A stretch of 63,992 nucleotides of DNA, filler included, from Reclinomonas americana ATCC 50394 (GCA_048213135.1; 56 parts of 56 records of this genome joined end to end with filler, not necessarily neighbours in it), one strand, 5' to 3'. Shown: positions 23,930-36,797, numbered from the whole stretch's first letter. The notes: generated by a model not told the origin, from the letters alone. Program-made: numbers and translations.

Positions 23930-23977
<48 letters not shown>

Positions 23978-24149
23978 TCGTCGTTCGTTTACGTTTACGT
24001 TACGTTCCGTCCTACCGAACGTAACNNNNNNNNNNNNNNNNNNNNNNNNNNNNNNNNNNNNNNNNNNNNTTAATTAATTAANNNNNNNNNNNNNNNNNNN
24101 NNNNNNNNNNNNNNNNNNNNNNNNNTGATGATGCATGATTGGACGCAAC

Positions 24150-24657
24150 GAGCGAGAAGCGATTGCGCATCAGCTTACGCCGGGGCTCATCGATGGTGAA
24201 GGTCTTGGCCAGCGGGGTGCTCTTCCTCTCCTTCTTCTTGCCCTCAATGGCCACCTTCTTCACCCTGTGGGCGGCAACAACAACAAGCAAAATTTGTAAG
24301 GACCACATGTCGCACTCACAACACTCACTCACTCACTCGCTCACGCACACAAGCCACCACCACGAAAATGCACATGAACAGCACATCACAGAGTTACGCA
24401 CAGAGAGAGACACAGCGCACAGCGTGCGACAGTGTGTGCGCGACAGTGTGTGAGTGTGCATGTGCACATGTGACCTCGCGCGCCCCACTCTTCCCGCTCA
24501 CACGGTCTCCTCACACACTCTGCACTCTCTCCCATGCTCACAAAGCACGCAACTTGTGATAGCGGCGGCGCTTGAGCGAATCCGAGCGGCCGTAGCGCTC
24601 GATGCCCTTGATGATGTTCGGGTTGCGCGTGCGCCCCTTCTTCTGTGCGTCAGCCAT
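24150..24657 (-). CDS. RPL6: 60S ribosomal protein L6 (eL6), first two exons
   Basis: MADAQKKGRTRNPNIIKGIERYGRS matches the eL6 N-terminal RNPxLxxGIxRYxRS motif; intron 24553-24265; Lys-rich exon 2. Confidence 0.8.
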
Positions 24658-25003
24658 CGATTCTCTGAGTAACGTACAAGAGTCCTCTCCTGATGGTGCT
24701 GCGCGGGTGAGCACAGGGCGACAATGGAAAGCACAACGGGGCGTCTGCGCGTGACTGACCGCTGAGGTATGTGATGTACTCCAGTCGGTCGAGTGGCGCC
24801 GGTGGGCGGACCGGACGTGTGGAAATCGCAACAGGCGTGCGGTGTGCGCGGTGCTTTGTCTGCGTGTGTGCGTGTGTGCAGTGGCGAGGAGGGTATTGAG
24901 CGTGCGTGTGCTGATCGTGAAAGAGAGTGGCTTGCTGACAAGTTCTGGGGATTATCATCATCGGTCGGTCGGTGGACTGGTGGAATCACTATCGTTATCT
25001 TCG

Positions 25004-25103
25004 ATGTTTTGGCGAGCGGTAGGCACTGCGATTCGAGAGACCGGGCAGGCACTGGACCGCCTGGGCAGCCGTCTGCAAGGAAAGGCTGGTTTCTTGGAGC
25101 AAT
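25004..25103 (+). CDS. Mitochondrial gamma-carbonic anhydrase (complex I subunit), first exon
   Basis: MFWRAVGTAIRETGQALDRLGSRLQG matches the IRETGQALDRLGxRLQG N-terminus of plant/protist gamma-CA. Confidence 0.85.
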
Positions 25104-26418
25104 GTTGCGTATGCAGTGACTGAAGAGTGAGAGAGAAGAGAGCAGAATGAGAGAGAGCGAGAAGAGTGCACTNNNNNNNNNNNNNNNNNNNNNNNNNNNN
25201 NNNNNNNNNNNNNNNNTTAATTAATTAANNNNNNNNNNNNNNNNNNNNNNNNNNNNNNNNNNNNNNNNNNNNCTTCTGCTCAAGCACCATCCGACGAAGG
25301 CAGTTCGCCCGAACCTCAGCAGCCGCCGGTGGAGCCCATGTCCAGCGCCGACTTTCTGCCGGCCGCGGGGACCTTGGACGCGACGCTGTACGGCGGCGGC
25401 GGTGGGCGACAGTCACCACCACTCACCGCTCGGCGACGACCCATTAGTGCGAGTGCGCACTCGATTCGTCGGCCACACACGCCACCACTGTATGGCACCG
25501 ACACTCGACCAGCGAGCGCCTCCAGTGTGCGCTCACGGCCAATGCCGCCGACACCACGGTCGACGCGTCATCGCTTCCGCGGCAAGCCGACGGTGCAGGA
25601 AGTGATGACTGCCGACCACGTGCCCACCCATCGGCGAGCGTTCCGGCGAGAGCTCAACCGATTGACTCGTGCCACGTATGAGCTGGCGGAGAGCAGCATG
25701 CTCCGACATCGGCGCAAACAACAACAGTCGCTGTTTGCGCATGTACCATTCGATGCCGCCAGTTTGCTGAAGGACGACCCGAGTGACGCGTGGAGCGCTG
25801 AGCTTGCCGATGATAGTGCCCTACCGCGCCTGTCGAATGTTGTGCGCTCGGATCGCGTGTTGATGGTGAGGGGGGAAGGAAGAGGGGCGAAGAAGGAAAG
25901 GTGAAGGGAGAGGAGAAGCGTAGAGAAGGGCGAAGGAAAGAGAGTGGTCAAGAGAGAACGAGAGAGAGAGAGAGAGAGATTGAGCGAGCGGAGAACGGGG
26001 AGTATGCGAGGCAATGGTATGCAGGCTTCGTAGTATTCGCTATGCTGATGCGAGTGGCAACAGAGTTCGCGGACGGAGCGGCCAGCGACGGGTCTCAGAC
26101 CGACGCCTCCCAAGGTACTAATTGTTTGGTCGCTGGTGGTGCACACGACACGACGACACTCATATCGTACTTGCAGGATCCACCTACGCCGACGAGTGGC
26201 GGGCAACAGCGACGTCGGCGACCAGTTGGAAAACAGAAATAATGAAAGGTAGTCAATTGTGTGGAGAGGGAGGGGAAGGGGAGGGAGGAAGCTATCTTTC
26301 GATTTGGGATTCGTGCTGNNNNNNNNNNNNNNNNNNNNNNNNNNNNNNNNNNNNNNNNNNNNTTAATTAATTAANNNNNNNNNNNNNNNNNNNNNNNNNN
26401 NNNNNNNNNNNNNNNNNN

Positions 26419-26461
<43 letters not shown>

Positions 26462-26636
26462 TACCTGTTTCCTCCATCGACATGATCGCTCACACCGATG
26501 ATATGATGCAACACTTTGTGACGGGACAGTAAAGATACTGGTTGAATGCATATAGAGATCCTCCTGCACAGAGAAAACAGACGCGCGACTTACTGCTGCT
26601 CACGGTCGATCGAAGAATATCGAAGTCTCGGCAGTT

Positions 26637-27434
26637 CTACATGTAAATCTTGATGTACCGACCCACCGGCCTGCGGCAGAGTGGGCACGAGGGCACGTGT
26701 TGTACACAGCTGCCGCACAAAACATGTCCGCAGTCGACCAGTGCGTGGTCTGGGCGCTCAGACCAGCACACGGGGCACGTCGGTGCCGCAGCAACTGGTT
26801 CCGGTTCCAGCGACGCCGCTGCCGATGAAGGCGTTCGCCCGGCGTGCTGCGGTGACGACGACGGTGCTACTGCTGCTGCTGCTGCTGCTGCAGAAGCACG
26901 ATGCGATGACGGTGGAGCTGATGGTGCTGCCGCACGGTATGATGAAGGCGGTGCTGACGGCGCCAGAGCTGCCTCGCGGTGTGATGACGGTGGAGCTGCT
27001 GGTGCTTCAGCTGCTGCTCGATACGACGCTGGCTCCGCCACTCGACGCGACGCCAGCGCCGCACCTGCGGCCTCGACTCGGTTCGACGACGGTGGAGCTG
27101 ACGGTGCGACAGCGGCAGCGCGATGCGACGACGGTGGTGCGGAGGGCGCCACTGCTGCTGCTGCTGCTGGTGCTCGGTGTGACGACGGCGCGCGAGGTGC
27201 TACGATTGACACTGGTGGTGGCTGGAGGGGCGGAGGAGCACGCCGCAGCAGCAACTGATCGGCGTCGTCGTTGAGAACGGCCTCCATCTCGTGGAATACG
27301 GTCCCATCCAGCTCGCCATTCGCATACAGCTCCATGGCAATGTCCATCGGCGTGCGATTCGTGGGGTCTTGCGCACGAATGTCGGCGCCATGGTCGACCA
27401 GCATGCGAACCATGTCCGCATGACGACCGGCCAC
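26637..27434 (-). CDS. Ankyrin-repeat + C-terminal RING-HC E3 ligase, last exon
   Basis: GRHADMVRMLVDHGADIRAQDPTNRTPMDIA; APSAPPSSHR repeats; CPVC..CGHVLCGSC..CPLCR. Confidence 0.9.
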   Translation of the reverse strand: MAGRHADMVRMLVDHGADIRAQDPTNRTPMDIAMELYANGELDGTVFHEMEAVLNDDADQLLLRRAPPPLQPPPVSIVAPRAPSSHRAPAAAAAVAPSAPPSSHRAAAVAPSAPPSSNRVEAAGAALASRRVAEPASYRAAAEAPAAPPSSHREAALAPSAPPSSYRAAAPSAPPSSHRASAAAAAAAVAPSSSPQHAGRTPSSAAASLEPEPVAAAPTCPVCWSERPDHALVDCGHVLCGSCVQHVPSCPLCRRPVGRYIKIYM

Positions 27435-27563
27435 CTGCGACAGACGGAAATCGTTCAGTTACCNNNNNNNNNNNNNNNNNNNNNNNNNNNNNNNNNNNNN
27501 NNNNNNNTTAATTAATTAANNNNNNNNNNNNNNNNNNNNNNNNNNNNNNNNNNNNNNNNNNNN

Positions 27564-27647
<84 letters not shown>

Positions 27648-28009
27648 GAGGGAGGGAGGGAGGGAGTGAGTGAGAGAGACAGAAACAGAGAAAAGAGTGT
27701 TTCTGCAACGGTCTCTTTTCGCGCGCGCAAGTGCAAGCACAGTGAACGAGTGGAGGGTATGTGCAGCAGCAGCACAAAGGTGGCAGGCACGAGGATCAAG
27801 GAGGAGAGAGAAGGGGGGGGAGTGGTATTATACCGCGGACACAGCAGCTGTTCGCATGCGCAGCGCAGTGAAACGCGTGCGAGAAAATATATGTGCTGCT
27901 GGTTCTCACGATACTGCGCTTCATCTGTGTGCATCGATGACGAGAAAGAGAGAGCAGTCATCGTGTGGAGACGCAGGGTCGTTGAGTGAGTGTGCGACCG
28001 TTGCTGTGC

Positions 28010-28046
<37 letters not shown>

Positions 28047-28738
28047 TTGGCGCGCGCGAAACAGAAAAATGTCCGTTTGCGCGTGTGTGTGCAAGTGTGC
28101 GTGTGTCTCGTGGTGGACTCACTTGCGGCTGCGGCAGTGCTGCATAGCACGCTCAGTGACAACAGTGCGACGATGCACAGCACTGCGTTGGAGTGGCGCC
28201 GGCGGAGGCAACGAGTGTGACCAGACATGTTGCGTCCTCTGTGCACGCACAAACAAGAATGAGGAGGTATGATGTGCGTGTGTGTGTGCGTGGGTGTGAA
28301 GCAGGAGGGGGGGGGGGGGGGGGGGGATGAGAGGCGGAGGTATACAGCGCGCGATCGTCGTTCATGATATGAGCGCATGCGCAACAAGAAACACAGAGTA
28401 CCGGGTACAACTTTTGTGGAAACCAGAGACTGTTTTTTGTGCACGGAAACAGTGGTGTGCGGTGACAAGCAAAGAAGGTGGGGAGATAGCAGAGAGTGTG
28501 ACAATGAAAGGAAACCCGAGGTGTGCTCACCGCGCGCGCAGCAGCAGCAGAAAAAAGTGGCGATTGATCATGAAAAGTCAGTCGATCGATTGAGGAAAGA
28601 TTTACATTNNNNNNNNNNNNNNNNNNNNNNNNNNNNNNNNNNNNNNNNNNNNTTAATTAATTAANNNNNNNNNNNNNNNNNNNNNNNNNNNNNNNNNNNN
28701 NNNNNNNNTCTCTTCTTCCTCCCTCCCTCCCTCCCTCC

Positions 28739-28777
<39 letters not shown>

Positions 28778-29514
28778 TTCTGTTTCTCTTGTAACCACTC
28801 TCACCTTGCACCAAGAACTGGCTCTGCGTCAAATCATACACGCCGGTGGCGAGCCACACACGCAGCGCCCACGTGGGTGACTGGGCGTTGAACATTTGCG
28901 TGTCGGAGCAAGACGAGAAGGCCTGCGGGAGGGCGCATGGTTCACTGGCGAGGGCGCCACAGGCGGAGGCGGAGGTGGAGCCGGAGGGGGAGGCGAATAC
29001 TGCGGAGTGAAGAGAAGAAGAAGGAGGAGGAACGAGAATGCGAAGGGTGAGTAGGGGAGGGAGAGGGACGGGAGGGAGAATGGGTAAGAGAGGAGAAGGA
29101 GAGGGCAAAGAGAGAGAGAGAGAATGGGGAAGGAGGGAAGGGGAGGGCAGAGAGAGGTAGAATAGGAAGGGAGGAGAAGGAGAGGGAGGGAGAAGGAGAG
29201 GGCAGTAAGAGGGGGAATGCAAAGGGTAGGAAGGCAGGGAAGGAGAAGGAGAAAGCAGAAAATGGGAATGGGGAAGGGAGGGAGAAGGAGAGGACAGCGA
29301 GAGGGGGAATGCAAGGGGTGAGAAGGCAGAGAGTGAGAAGGAGAAGGAGAGGGCAGAGAGGGAGAAGAGCAACTATGACCAGGGAGACAGAGAAGACAGC
29401 AGAGAGGAAGGCAGTGAGAAGAGGAGGCAATGAGAGAAGGAAGCAAGTGAGAAAGGAGATTGCTGAGAAGAGAGAGTGAAAGAAAGAACAGTCTCTCTGC
29501 ATGCGACTTCATCT

Positions 29515-29559
<45 letters not shown>

Positions 29560-29713
29560 TCTCTCACCTTCACACAGAGTGGCAGTCGAGGAGAAAGCGC
29601 ACACACTCACCAACACATTCACAATCACAATAAAAAGCACTAAAAACACAGAAAAAGCACGCATTGACAACTATGTGTGCTTTGAGACTCTTGTGAGAGA
29701 CACACAGACACTG

Positions 29714-29752
<39 letters not shown>

Positions 29753-29852
29753 NNNNNNNNNNNNNNNNNNNNNNNNNNNNNNNNNNNNNNNNNNNNTTAA
29801 TTAATTAANNNNNNNNNNNNNNNNNNNNNNNNNNNNNNNNNNNNNNNNNNNN

Positions 29853-30344
29853 GCCGTGTGCCTGCTCGTTCACTCGTGGTGTCAGGCGTTCCACCACGAC
29901 ATGGACAATTATCTAGAGGTGCGTATGTTGGAAGAGAGTGCATGCATGTTGGCGTGTTTACTGACGAAACACCATGAGTAGGCCTTCGGTCTAATGTGTC
30001 TGACGGCGATTGCCGGCGTGTTTACCTCTGCAATCGATGACGGCGCCAAGAAGATTGTCTGCCTCAGTATCCTCGGTGTGGCCTGTGCAGTGCTGGCACT
30101 TCCCATTTTCATCAAGTGGTGGCAGTTCCTCCGAGGCCTCTTGTGTCGATCACACCGCGGAAGGAGCAAGCGAGCAAGCACGGCTGGAGGCGGAGCAGCC
30201 CTGCACGACTCTCTGCTTCCGCAGCACGCGGGCGATGATAGTTTCTCGTCGTCGGCGACGTTTGCCATGGAAGAGATGGCGCCGAGGATGCTCGTGGATG
30301 AGGATACGGGGAAGGGGCGATTGCTGGCGAGTCAGGGGGAATGA
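29853..30344 (+). CDS. C-terminus of a multi-pass membrane protein
   Basis: LLVHSWCQAFHHDMDNYLE / AFGLMCL.. two further TM helices; GT-AG intron. Confidence 0.45.
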
Positions 30345-30403
30345 ATGGTCAGGGAGAAGGTCATTCGTGGAGGGTGGAGCGAGGGAGAGAGGGAGAAATT
30401 AAA

Positions 30404-30580
30404 GGGTGGAGGGTGGGGGGAGAGAAGGGTTGAGGGTGGAGGGAGAGAAGCTTAAGGGTTGAGGGTGGAGTGAAGAGAAGGGTTGAGGGTGGAGGTCAAG
30501 GGTTGACGGTGGAGGAGAGAAGGGTTGAGGGTGGAGGGAGGGGAAGGGTTAAGGGTGGGGGAGAGAAGGGTTGAGGGTGG
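30404..30580. repeat. Degenerate tandem repeat AGGGTTGAGGGTGGAGGGAGAGA
   Basis: Direct sequence. Confidence 0.8.
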
Positions 30581-32156
30581 AGTCACCGGCTGGAAGGCAC
30601 TTAGCAAACTCGCCATTCCACCGAGAATGCACGGTGAGCATCTCGCACAATATTTGCTGCGGTTGAGACAAACTCATTGCACCACGCCATCCATTCTGGT
30701 GTGGCACGCGCATAGAGTTCGCAAGTGTTTTTGTTGCCTGGCTCTGTTGGTTTTCCCTATGTGTTCTGACACCAACACCTCTTGCTACCTTTCTCGTTTC
30801 CTTTGTGGAATTCGGCGTCAAATCCATGCTTGTTACGAGCCGTGGTTTCTCTTGCAGAAACGCCAGCATTAGCCATCTCGACTTTTCTCGCTTTTTNNNN
30901 NNNNNNNNNNNNNNNNNNNNNNNNNNNNNNNNNNNNNNNNTTAATTAATTAANNNNNNNNNNNNNNNNNNNNNNNNNNNNNNNNNNNNNNNNNNNNGGCA
31001 CACACACACACAAACAACAGCAGCAACAATGACTGTATCGTTCTCACTACGTCGTGTTGTTCCTCGCTCGCATGCAGTTGTCCGAGTGTTCCTCAGCTGC
31101 CTCTCGTGCTACATGGCAACCGCAAGCACCATGCGAAGCGCTCTCATTCACGCAGCGGCTGCACAACGCATGCACACGCTGAAACAGGCGGAGTTGACCG
31201 ATGTGGTGCAACGGTGTGTGGACTGCAGCTGTGCTCGCAAAAGCATTGACACTCCGCAGTTTGAGTTCTCATATATACCCATTCCCAGATCTAGATTGCA
31301 ATTGCTTGCGGCCAGTGAGCGCATCGACAGTGTTGCCGATGTGCGTGTGGCAGACTTGCGCCATTCACTGGTCGACGACGCCAACAGAATCGAAGACGCA
31401 TTGATTACACAGCACGCATTGGTGTTTGATTGTGTTCGGCGGATTCTGTCGTACGTCAAGTGCCATTCTGCTGCTGCTGCTGCCGCCGCCGTTGTTGTTG
31501 GAGCGCCACAGCCGGCACCGGCACCATTGCCGCCTGCGCCGATGGAGATGTTGACACTCATGGAGATTAGCATGGCTCCGTCGCCGCCGGCCGCACTGGC
31601 TCTGTTGCAAGTGCAGTCCTCCCCCCTGTTGCAGCAGATGAATCCCGACACAGCGGCTGGGCCGACTGCGGAACTGCTCGCTCCCTACTTGTGTGGTGAG
31701 TACTCTCTTTTAGATCTCTCTCTCTCTGTTTGACAATCTGCTCAATTTGGGTGTACGACAGCAACGCATGCGATGGCGTTCCATAAAGGAGTCGATGCCT
31801 TCGTCGGCCCTTCGTTGCACACAGTCCAGCTGGCCATAGCTCACGAGCTGCTGGAAGGCCGACTGCAACCGACGTCTGACATCGTCATGAGTGATCCACT
31901 GCCGGCCGGACTACCGACATCACACAGCCTGGCTACGCTGCGGCAGCTATACGGCGTGTTTCGCGCCACGGCACTGAATCAGTGCTCGGCTTCATTGACG
32001 GCGTGTATCACGTTTCGAGAGAATGTGATTGTGAATGGAGANNNNNNNNNNNNNNNNNNNNNNNNNNNNNNNNNNNNNNNNNNNNTTAATTAATTAANNN
32101 NNNNNNNNNNNNNNNNNNNNNNNNNNNNNNNNNNNNNNNNNTGATTCGGCAGCCGC

Positions 32157-32612
32157 TCACGACGACTCCGGCTCCTGCGAGAGCCTGCGGGCGGCCTGTC
32201 TGTAGGCGTCCGCTGCGCCGCGGAAGTATCGCCTCACCCCGTCCAGCTGCTCAGGGTCCAATCCCTGCAGCACATCGCCGACGGGCGGACGCACCATCGC
32301 GAGGATCTCGTCGAGCCGCTCGGGCAGCACACCGGTGGATTCGATGACCAGCCGGCGCCGGTCCTGGGCGCTCACCACGCGACGAGCGACCCCGGCCGTT
32401 TCGAGCCTGTCGAGCAGGCGCGTCGTCGCGCCGCTGGTCAGCCCCAGCCGCTGGGCGAGCTCGCCGGCGCTGAGCGGACCATCGAGATCCAGCACGTTCA
32501 ACGCCTGGTAGTCGGAGGCGCCCAGCCCGACGGCATCCGCAGCGGCGAGATGGAAACCGACGATCGCCGCGAGATAGGTCCGGTACTCGGCCGAGAACGA
32601 GGAGTCATCCAT
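32157..32612 (-). CDS. MarR family transcriptional regulator (Actinobacteria-like)
   Basis: GLGASDYQALNVL..GPLSAGELAQRLGLTSGATTRLLDRLETAG..DRRR; alternative start at 32624. Confidence 0.92.
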   Translation of the reverse strand: MDDSSFSAEYRTYLAAIVGFHLAAADAVGLGASDYQALNVLDLDGPLSAGELAQRLGLTSGATTRLLDRLETAGVARRVVSAQDRRRLVIESTGVLPERLDEILAMVRPPVGDVLQGLDPEQLDGVRRYFRGAADAYRQAARRLSQEPESS

Positions 32613-32625
32613 CGGACTTCCCATT

Positions 32626-32645
32626 TATCTGCATGCGTGCAACTA
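32626..32645. promoter_or_regulatory. Imperfect palindrome, candidate MarR operator in a 41-bp divergent intergenic region
   Basis: TATCTGCA-TGCG-TGCAACTA (6/8 arm match). Confidence 0.5.
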
Positions 32646-32653
32646 TTAGATCC

Positions 32654-33115
32654 ATGCAGACAGATTACCAAGGATCCGAAACCGACCGCGCGCAGGACAC
32701 GCTGGCCATCCGCGCATCCCTCAACCGCATGGTCGAGGCATGGGACGACGGCGACGCCGCGAAGTTCGCCGCCGAATTCTCTGCGGAGGCGACCTACGTC
32801 ATCTTCGTCGGACTCGTCTACGAAGGGCGCGCCGAGATCGAGGAGGGACACGTCCCGGTGCTCGAGAAGTGGCAGAAGGGCACACGCATGTCACAGCACG
32901 TGCGCAGCATCCGGTTCCTCGGCGACGACGTCGCGACGGTGCTGAGCGAGGGCGGCATCGGCAAGCGGCGGGTGCGTCACGACAAGATCCAGACCTACGT
33001 GTTCCGCCGGGACTTCGAGGGCCGCTGGGCCTGCGAGTCGTTTCAGAACACGAAGATGAATCGACTGTTCATCCGGATCAACGCGCTCAGTACCCGGCGA
33101 ACGCGTCGGTCGTGA
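32654..33115 (+). CDS. SgcJ/EcaC family (SnoaL/NTF2-like) protein
   Basis: AWDDGDAAKFAAEFSAEATYVIFVG..GRAEIEEGH..SIRFLGDDVA..SFQNT. Confidence 0.85.
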   Translation: MQTDYQGSETDRAQDTLAIRASLNRMVEAWDDGDAAKFAAEFSAEATYVIFVGLVYEGRAEIEEGHVPVLEKWQKGTRMSQHVRSIRFLGDDVATVLSEGGIGKRRVRHDKIQTYVFRRDFEGRWACESFQNTKMNRLFIRINALSTRRTRRS

Positions 33116-33812
33116 GGTTCCGGGCCTTCTGCAGCGCGGGCGCGAGATCGGCGATCAGCCGGGGCGGCCGGAGATGAACGCGTGTNNNNNNNNNNNNNNN
33201 NNNNNNNNNNNNNNNNNNNNNNNNNNNNNTTAATTAATTAANNNNNNNNNNNNNNNNNNNNNNNNNNNNNNNNNNNNNNNNNNNNAAGGTGTGCATCTCT
33301 GCAACGAATACGACTCTTCCGAGATTACTCAATAATCAATTCACAACAACAGGTCACACCCGGACTCTTCCACGGCTACCACGTGCACTTGGTGATTCCC
33401 GAGTCGCAAGAGCACCTGCAGGAGCTGGCGCAGTTCTTCCAGCGCTCATCAAAAGGCAGCAGCTCGAGCCTCGAGTCACTGGACTGACACAATGGTGTGC
33501 TGTGTGCCCCTCTCGCGCGTCCTCCTTTTTATTCTTTTTGCAGGCAGCATATGAGAACAAGCTTGTTTTGTGTTTGGTGCTTTTTTCGTGTCTTATTCTG
33601 CCGCCGTGTACTTTTCCCGAGTGCCCCCCGCTCGTCGCATGCACACACGCATGCGTTATCGCACCTCCCCTCCGTACGTATTATCCGCCCCACCTCCTTC
33701 TGCTGCAAGCAGGATTATTATGTTGGCTAAAATGTATTGCGGTTCAACTTTTTTGACCGATTTGTTTTCGAAAGAAACAAAACACACCCACACACACACA
33801 CACACACACCCA

Positions 33813-34160
33813 CTACCAGCGCTGCTGCTGCTGTGGCGACGTTGGCGACGGGGCGTAGCCCGGAGTCGCAGTGGGCTTCTCACCAGACGGTGCGTAGTTG
33901 GCATACGGCGGCGGTGCCTGTGCCGGCGGCGGCGGCTGTCCGTATCCCGGTGGCGGCGGCTGTCCGTACATTGGCTGCCCGTAGGCCGGTGGCGGCGGCT
34001 GCCCGTACATTGGTTGCCCGTAGGCCGGTGGCGGCGGTTGTCCATACACCGGCTGTCCGTAGCCGGGGGGCGGCTGTGGCGGCGGTGCGCCGTAGCCCAT
34101 GGGTACTGCCTGGGGCATTTGCACGACGATACCCTCGGCGACGACGGGGATGTCGAGATC
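33813..34160 (-). CDS. Last exon with YGQPPPP repeats, unknown protein
   Basis: Tandem YGQP(M/V)YGQPPPP repeats ending in a stop. Confidence 0.6.
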   Translation of the reverse strand, partial: DLDIPVVAEGIVVQMPQAVPMGYGAPPPQPPPGYGQPVYGQPPPPAYGQPMYGQPPPPAYGQPMYGQPPPPGYGQPPPPAQAPPPYANYAPSGEKPTATPGYAPSPTSPQQQQRW

Positions 34161-34194
34161 TGAGGATGGGGGGAAGGGGGAAGGGGGAAGGGTG

Positions 34195-34325
34195 AGGAGA
34201 GGAGAGGAGAGGAGAGGAGAGGAGAGGAGAGGAGAGGAGAGGAGAGGAGAGGAGAGGAGAGGAGAGGAGAGGAGAGGAGAGGAGAGGAGAGGAGAGGAGA
34301 GGAGAGGAGAGGAGAGGAGAGGAGA
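34195..34325. repeat. (GGAGA)n pentanucleotide microsatellite
   Basis: Direct sequence. Confidence 0.95.
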
Positions 34326-36715
34326 GGGANNNNNNNNNNNNNNNNNNNNNNNNNNNNNNNNNNNNNNNNNNNNTTAATTAATTAANNNNNNNNNNNNNNN
34401 NNNNNNNNNNNNNNNNNNNNNNNNNNNNNAAACACCGGCACGTCGGCCACAGTCACGGTCATTGAGTGGAGACCAGCTTGCTCCAGTCGCTCGCAAATCT
34501 GCTCATGCGCTCTCGTCAGCCATGATTTGGACATGCAGAAACAACACACACACACGTTCTCACCTGATGCGTGCCATCCATGTTGTCGACAGACGCAAGC
34601 TCGGCTGACCACTCGTTCTCGGCAGAGGTGGCGTAAGGGCGCTGGCGAAGTGTCGGCTGTGTGCAGTGTTCAGTGAGCATGATGATCCCACAAGCGCGCA
34701 GGATGACCAACAGCCACAACCAACCATCCACGCTGCCACGGGCACCACCACGCGGTCCAGACGCAATGTCACCCGCACTTGTTGGCCGCCACGACTGCAC
34801 GGCTGCAGGTATCGATCGGCAATCTGCAACACAGCATCCATCTCCACCGGCGCCACACCACCCAACATGCCGAAGCCGGTGAGGGTGCAGTGTGCCGGCA
34901 CCGGAGCCGAGTCGGCGGTAAATGAGGCCCACTCGGCGGCACCCTCACCGCCAGCAATCTTGCGGAAGCGCTCGGAGAGTGTGTCACTTAGCGCCACCAC
35001 CTGGTCAAACAGATCGCGACCGCACGCCTCGTACACGTCGTGCGTGCATTCCTCTGCAGGACACGATACGATGCAGGGAGGTAATGTGTCAGACGGAGGA
35101 AATTGATCTTTTCTGGCAGTGGCGTGAACTACAGACCGCGCTCTGCCAGTTTGAGCAACAGCTTCAGAGACTCGCGCGAAGCCTCTGAGTCTGGCGAATC
35201 CCGATAGTGCTTCACCAACATTGGGATTACGTTTTGTGCCACCAACTCCGACGTGTTGGCCTCTGCTCAGCGGCACATGCCGGTGAGAAGTCAGCAGAAG
35301 AGGGCAGCCGTGGCTCAAGGAAAAGCACCCACCGTTTCTAATCAAGTGGCGCAGAATCTTCAGACTGGCCTCTTGCGCCTGCTTATCGGCCTCGGAGAGC
35401 TTGCTGCGTGACGAGCCCGACGACGCTACACGCCATGCACACAGCTGTCGGTGCGCGCAACACACAGCACAAANNNNNNNNNNNNNNNNNNNNNNNNNNN
35501 NNNNNNNNNNNNNNNNNTTAATTAATTAANNNNNNNNNNNNNNNNNNNNNNNNNNNNNNNNNNNNNNNNNNNNCGGCGGGGCGGCGGCGTCCGATGGCGA
35601 CAGCGGTGACTTGCCGAGCGACGGCAACGACGAGTGGCGCATGAACACGCGCGCTGCTGAGCGGGCGTGCTCACCGACATCGGTCGCGTCGTCACCAGCG
35701 GCAGCGACGACGACGGTGGCGCCGGCCGAAGAGTGCGCGCCGCCGCCGCCATACCGATCGCGAATAACGTGACTGCTGAGGCTCTCTGCGACTGTGCTGT
35801 TAACGCTGGGGCTTGCCAGTGAACCGGAGACACCGCACTGGCTGCTGACTCGGTGGCTGCCGCCGCCGCAGCTTTCGACGGTGGCGAAGTGTGAGACTTG
35901 TGCCATTCGGTTTGCAGACGCGAGAGAAGCAGTCGGCCGCCCTCTCGCTGCCGTTGCAGCCGATGCTCAACTGACGCCGCAGATGGCGCCGTCGTCGCAG
36001 GCACCGAGCGGCGTCGCTTTTCGGCCGACGGCGCAACCTCAAGTCCCTCCAACACCAACAATGCCATGGTCGCAGTCGACAGCCGCTGTGGCGGAGGAGA
36101 TGATAGTGGCGACGACGACGAGGAGGGGCCAGTGCCTGGTGCTGCGGGAGCTCGCGGTGCCATAGAGTGCACGATGGTGGCGGGGGAACCAGCACCGGAG
36201 GCCCGCGGCACTGCCGCGGGGACTGGCGACTCCATGCGGCTTCGTTGTGGTGGACTGGGCACGCCAAGACTACGCTCGCACACACTCTCTCTCACTGTCG
36301 CGGTGATGGAATTGACAAGCTGTGAGCGTAGAGTGATTGACTGCTTGATTTTTCAAGAAAACGGCTCCGTGTCGCGAGTTGAGTGGCGGGAAAAAACGCA
36401 TCTGTCTTTCTCAACCAGGACTTTTTTGAAATCCGAACCGTCATGGTATGGTGTGAGTCCGTGTACTGCTTTAGAGCGGGGTGCGGAAGGACACGCCGAA
36501 CCAGTGACACTTGGTGAGGGATTGGCGTGAATTTGCAAAAATAATACTGCAAAAAAATCCGCGTGACGACAACCTCCCACGCTGCGCAAGAAAAAGAAAA
36601 ATGCAAGCAAAAAGANNNNNNNNNNNNNNNNNNNNNNNNNNNNNNNNNNNNNNNNNNNNTTAATTAATTAANNNNNNNNNNNNNNNNNNNNNNNNNNNNN
36701 NNNNNNNNNNNNNNN

Positions 36716-36797
<82 letters not shown>

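Noticed and set aside
23974..24025. Odd TACG-rich tail (also 58407-58452) suggesting a telomere or a structured element
   Set aside because: Follows long dinucleotide tracts at contig ends; looks like pyrosequencing flow-order noise
28709..29752. Long Leu/Ser/Pro/Phe-rich ORFs (also 44821-45670, 13802-14194)
   Set aside because: Translations of pyrimidine tracts and microsatellites
30404..30580. GGGTTGAGGG repeats as telomeric sequence
   Set aside because: Longer degenerate unit, internal and just 3' of a gene; not a clean TTAGGG array
32142..33185. Linking MarR/SgcJ, AKR or the ABC binding protein to the RiPP cluster
   Set aside because: Separate contigs ordered by size; no physical linkage evidence, even if they come from the same organism
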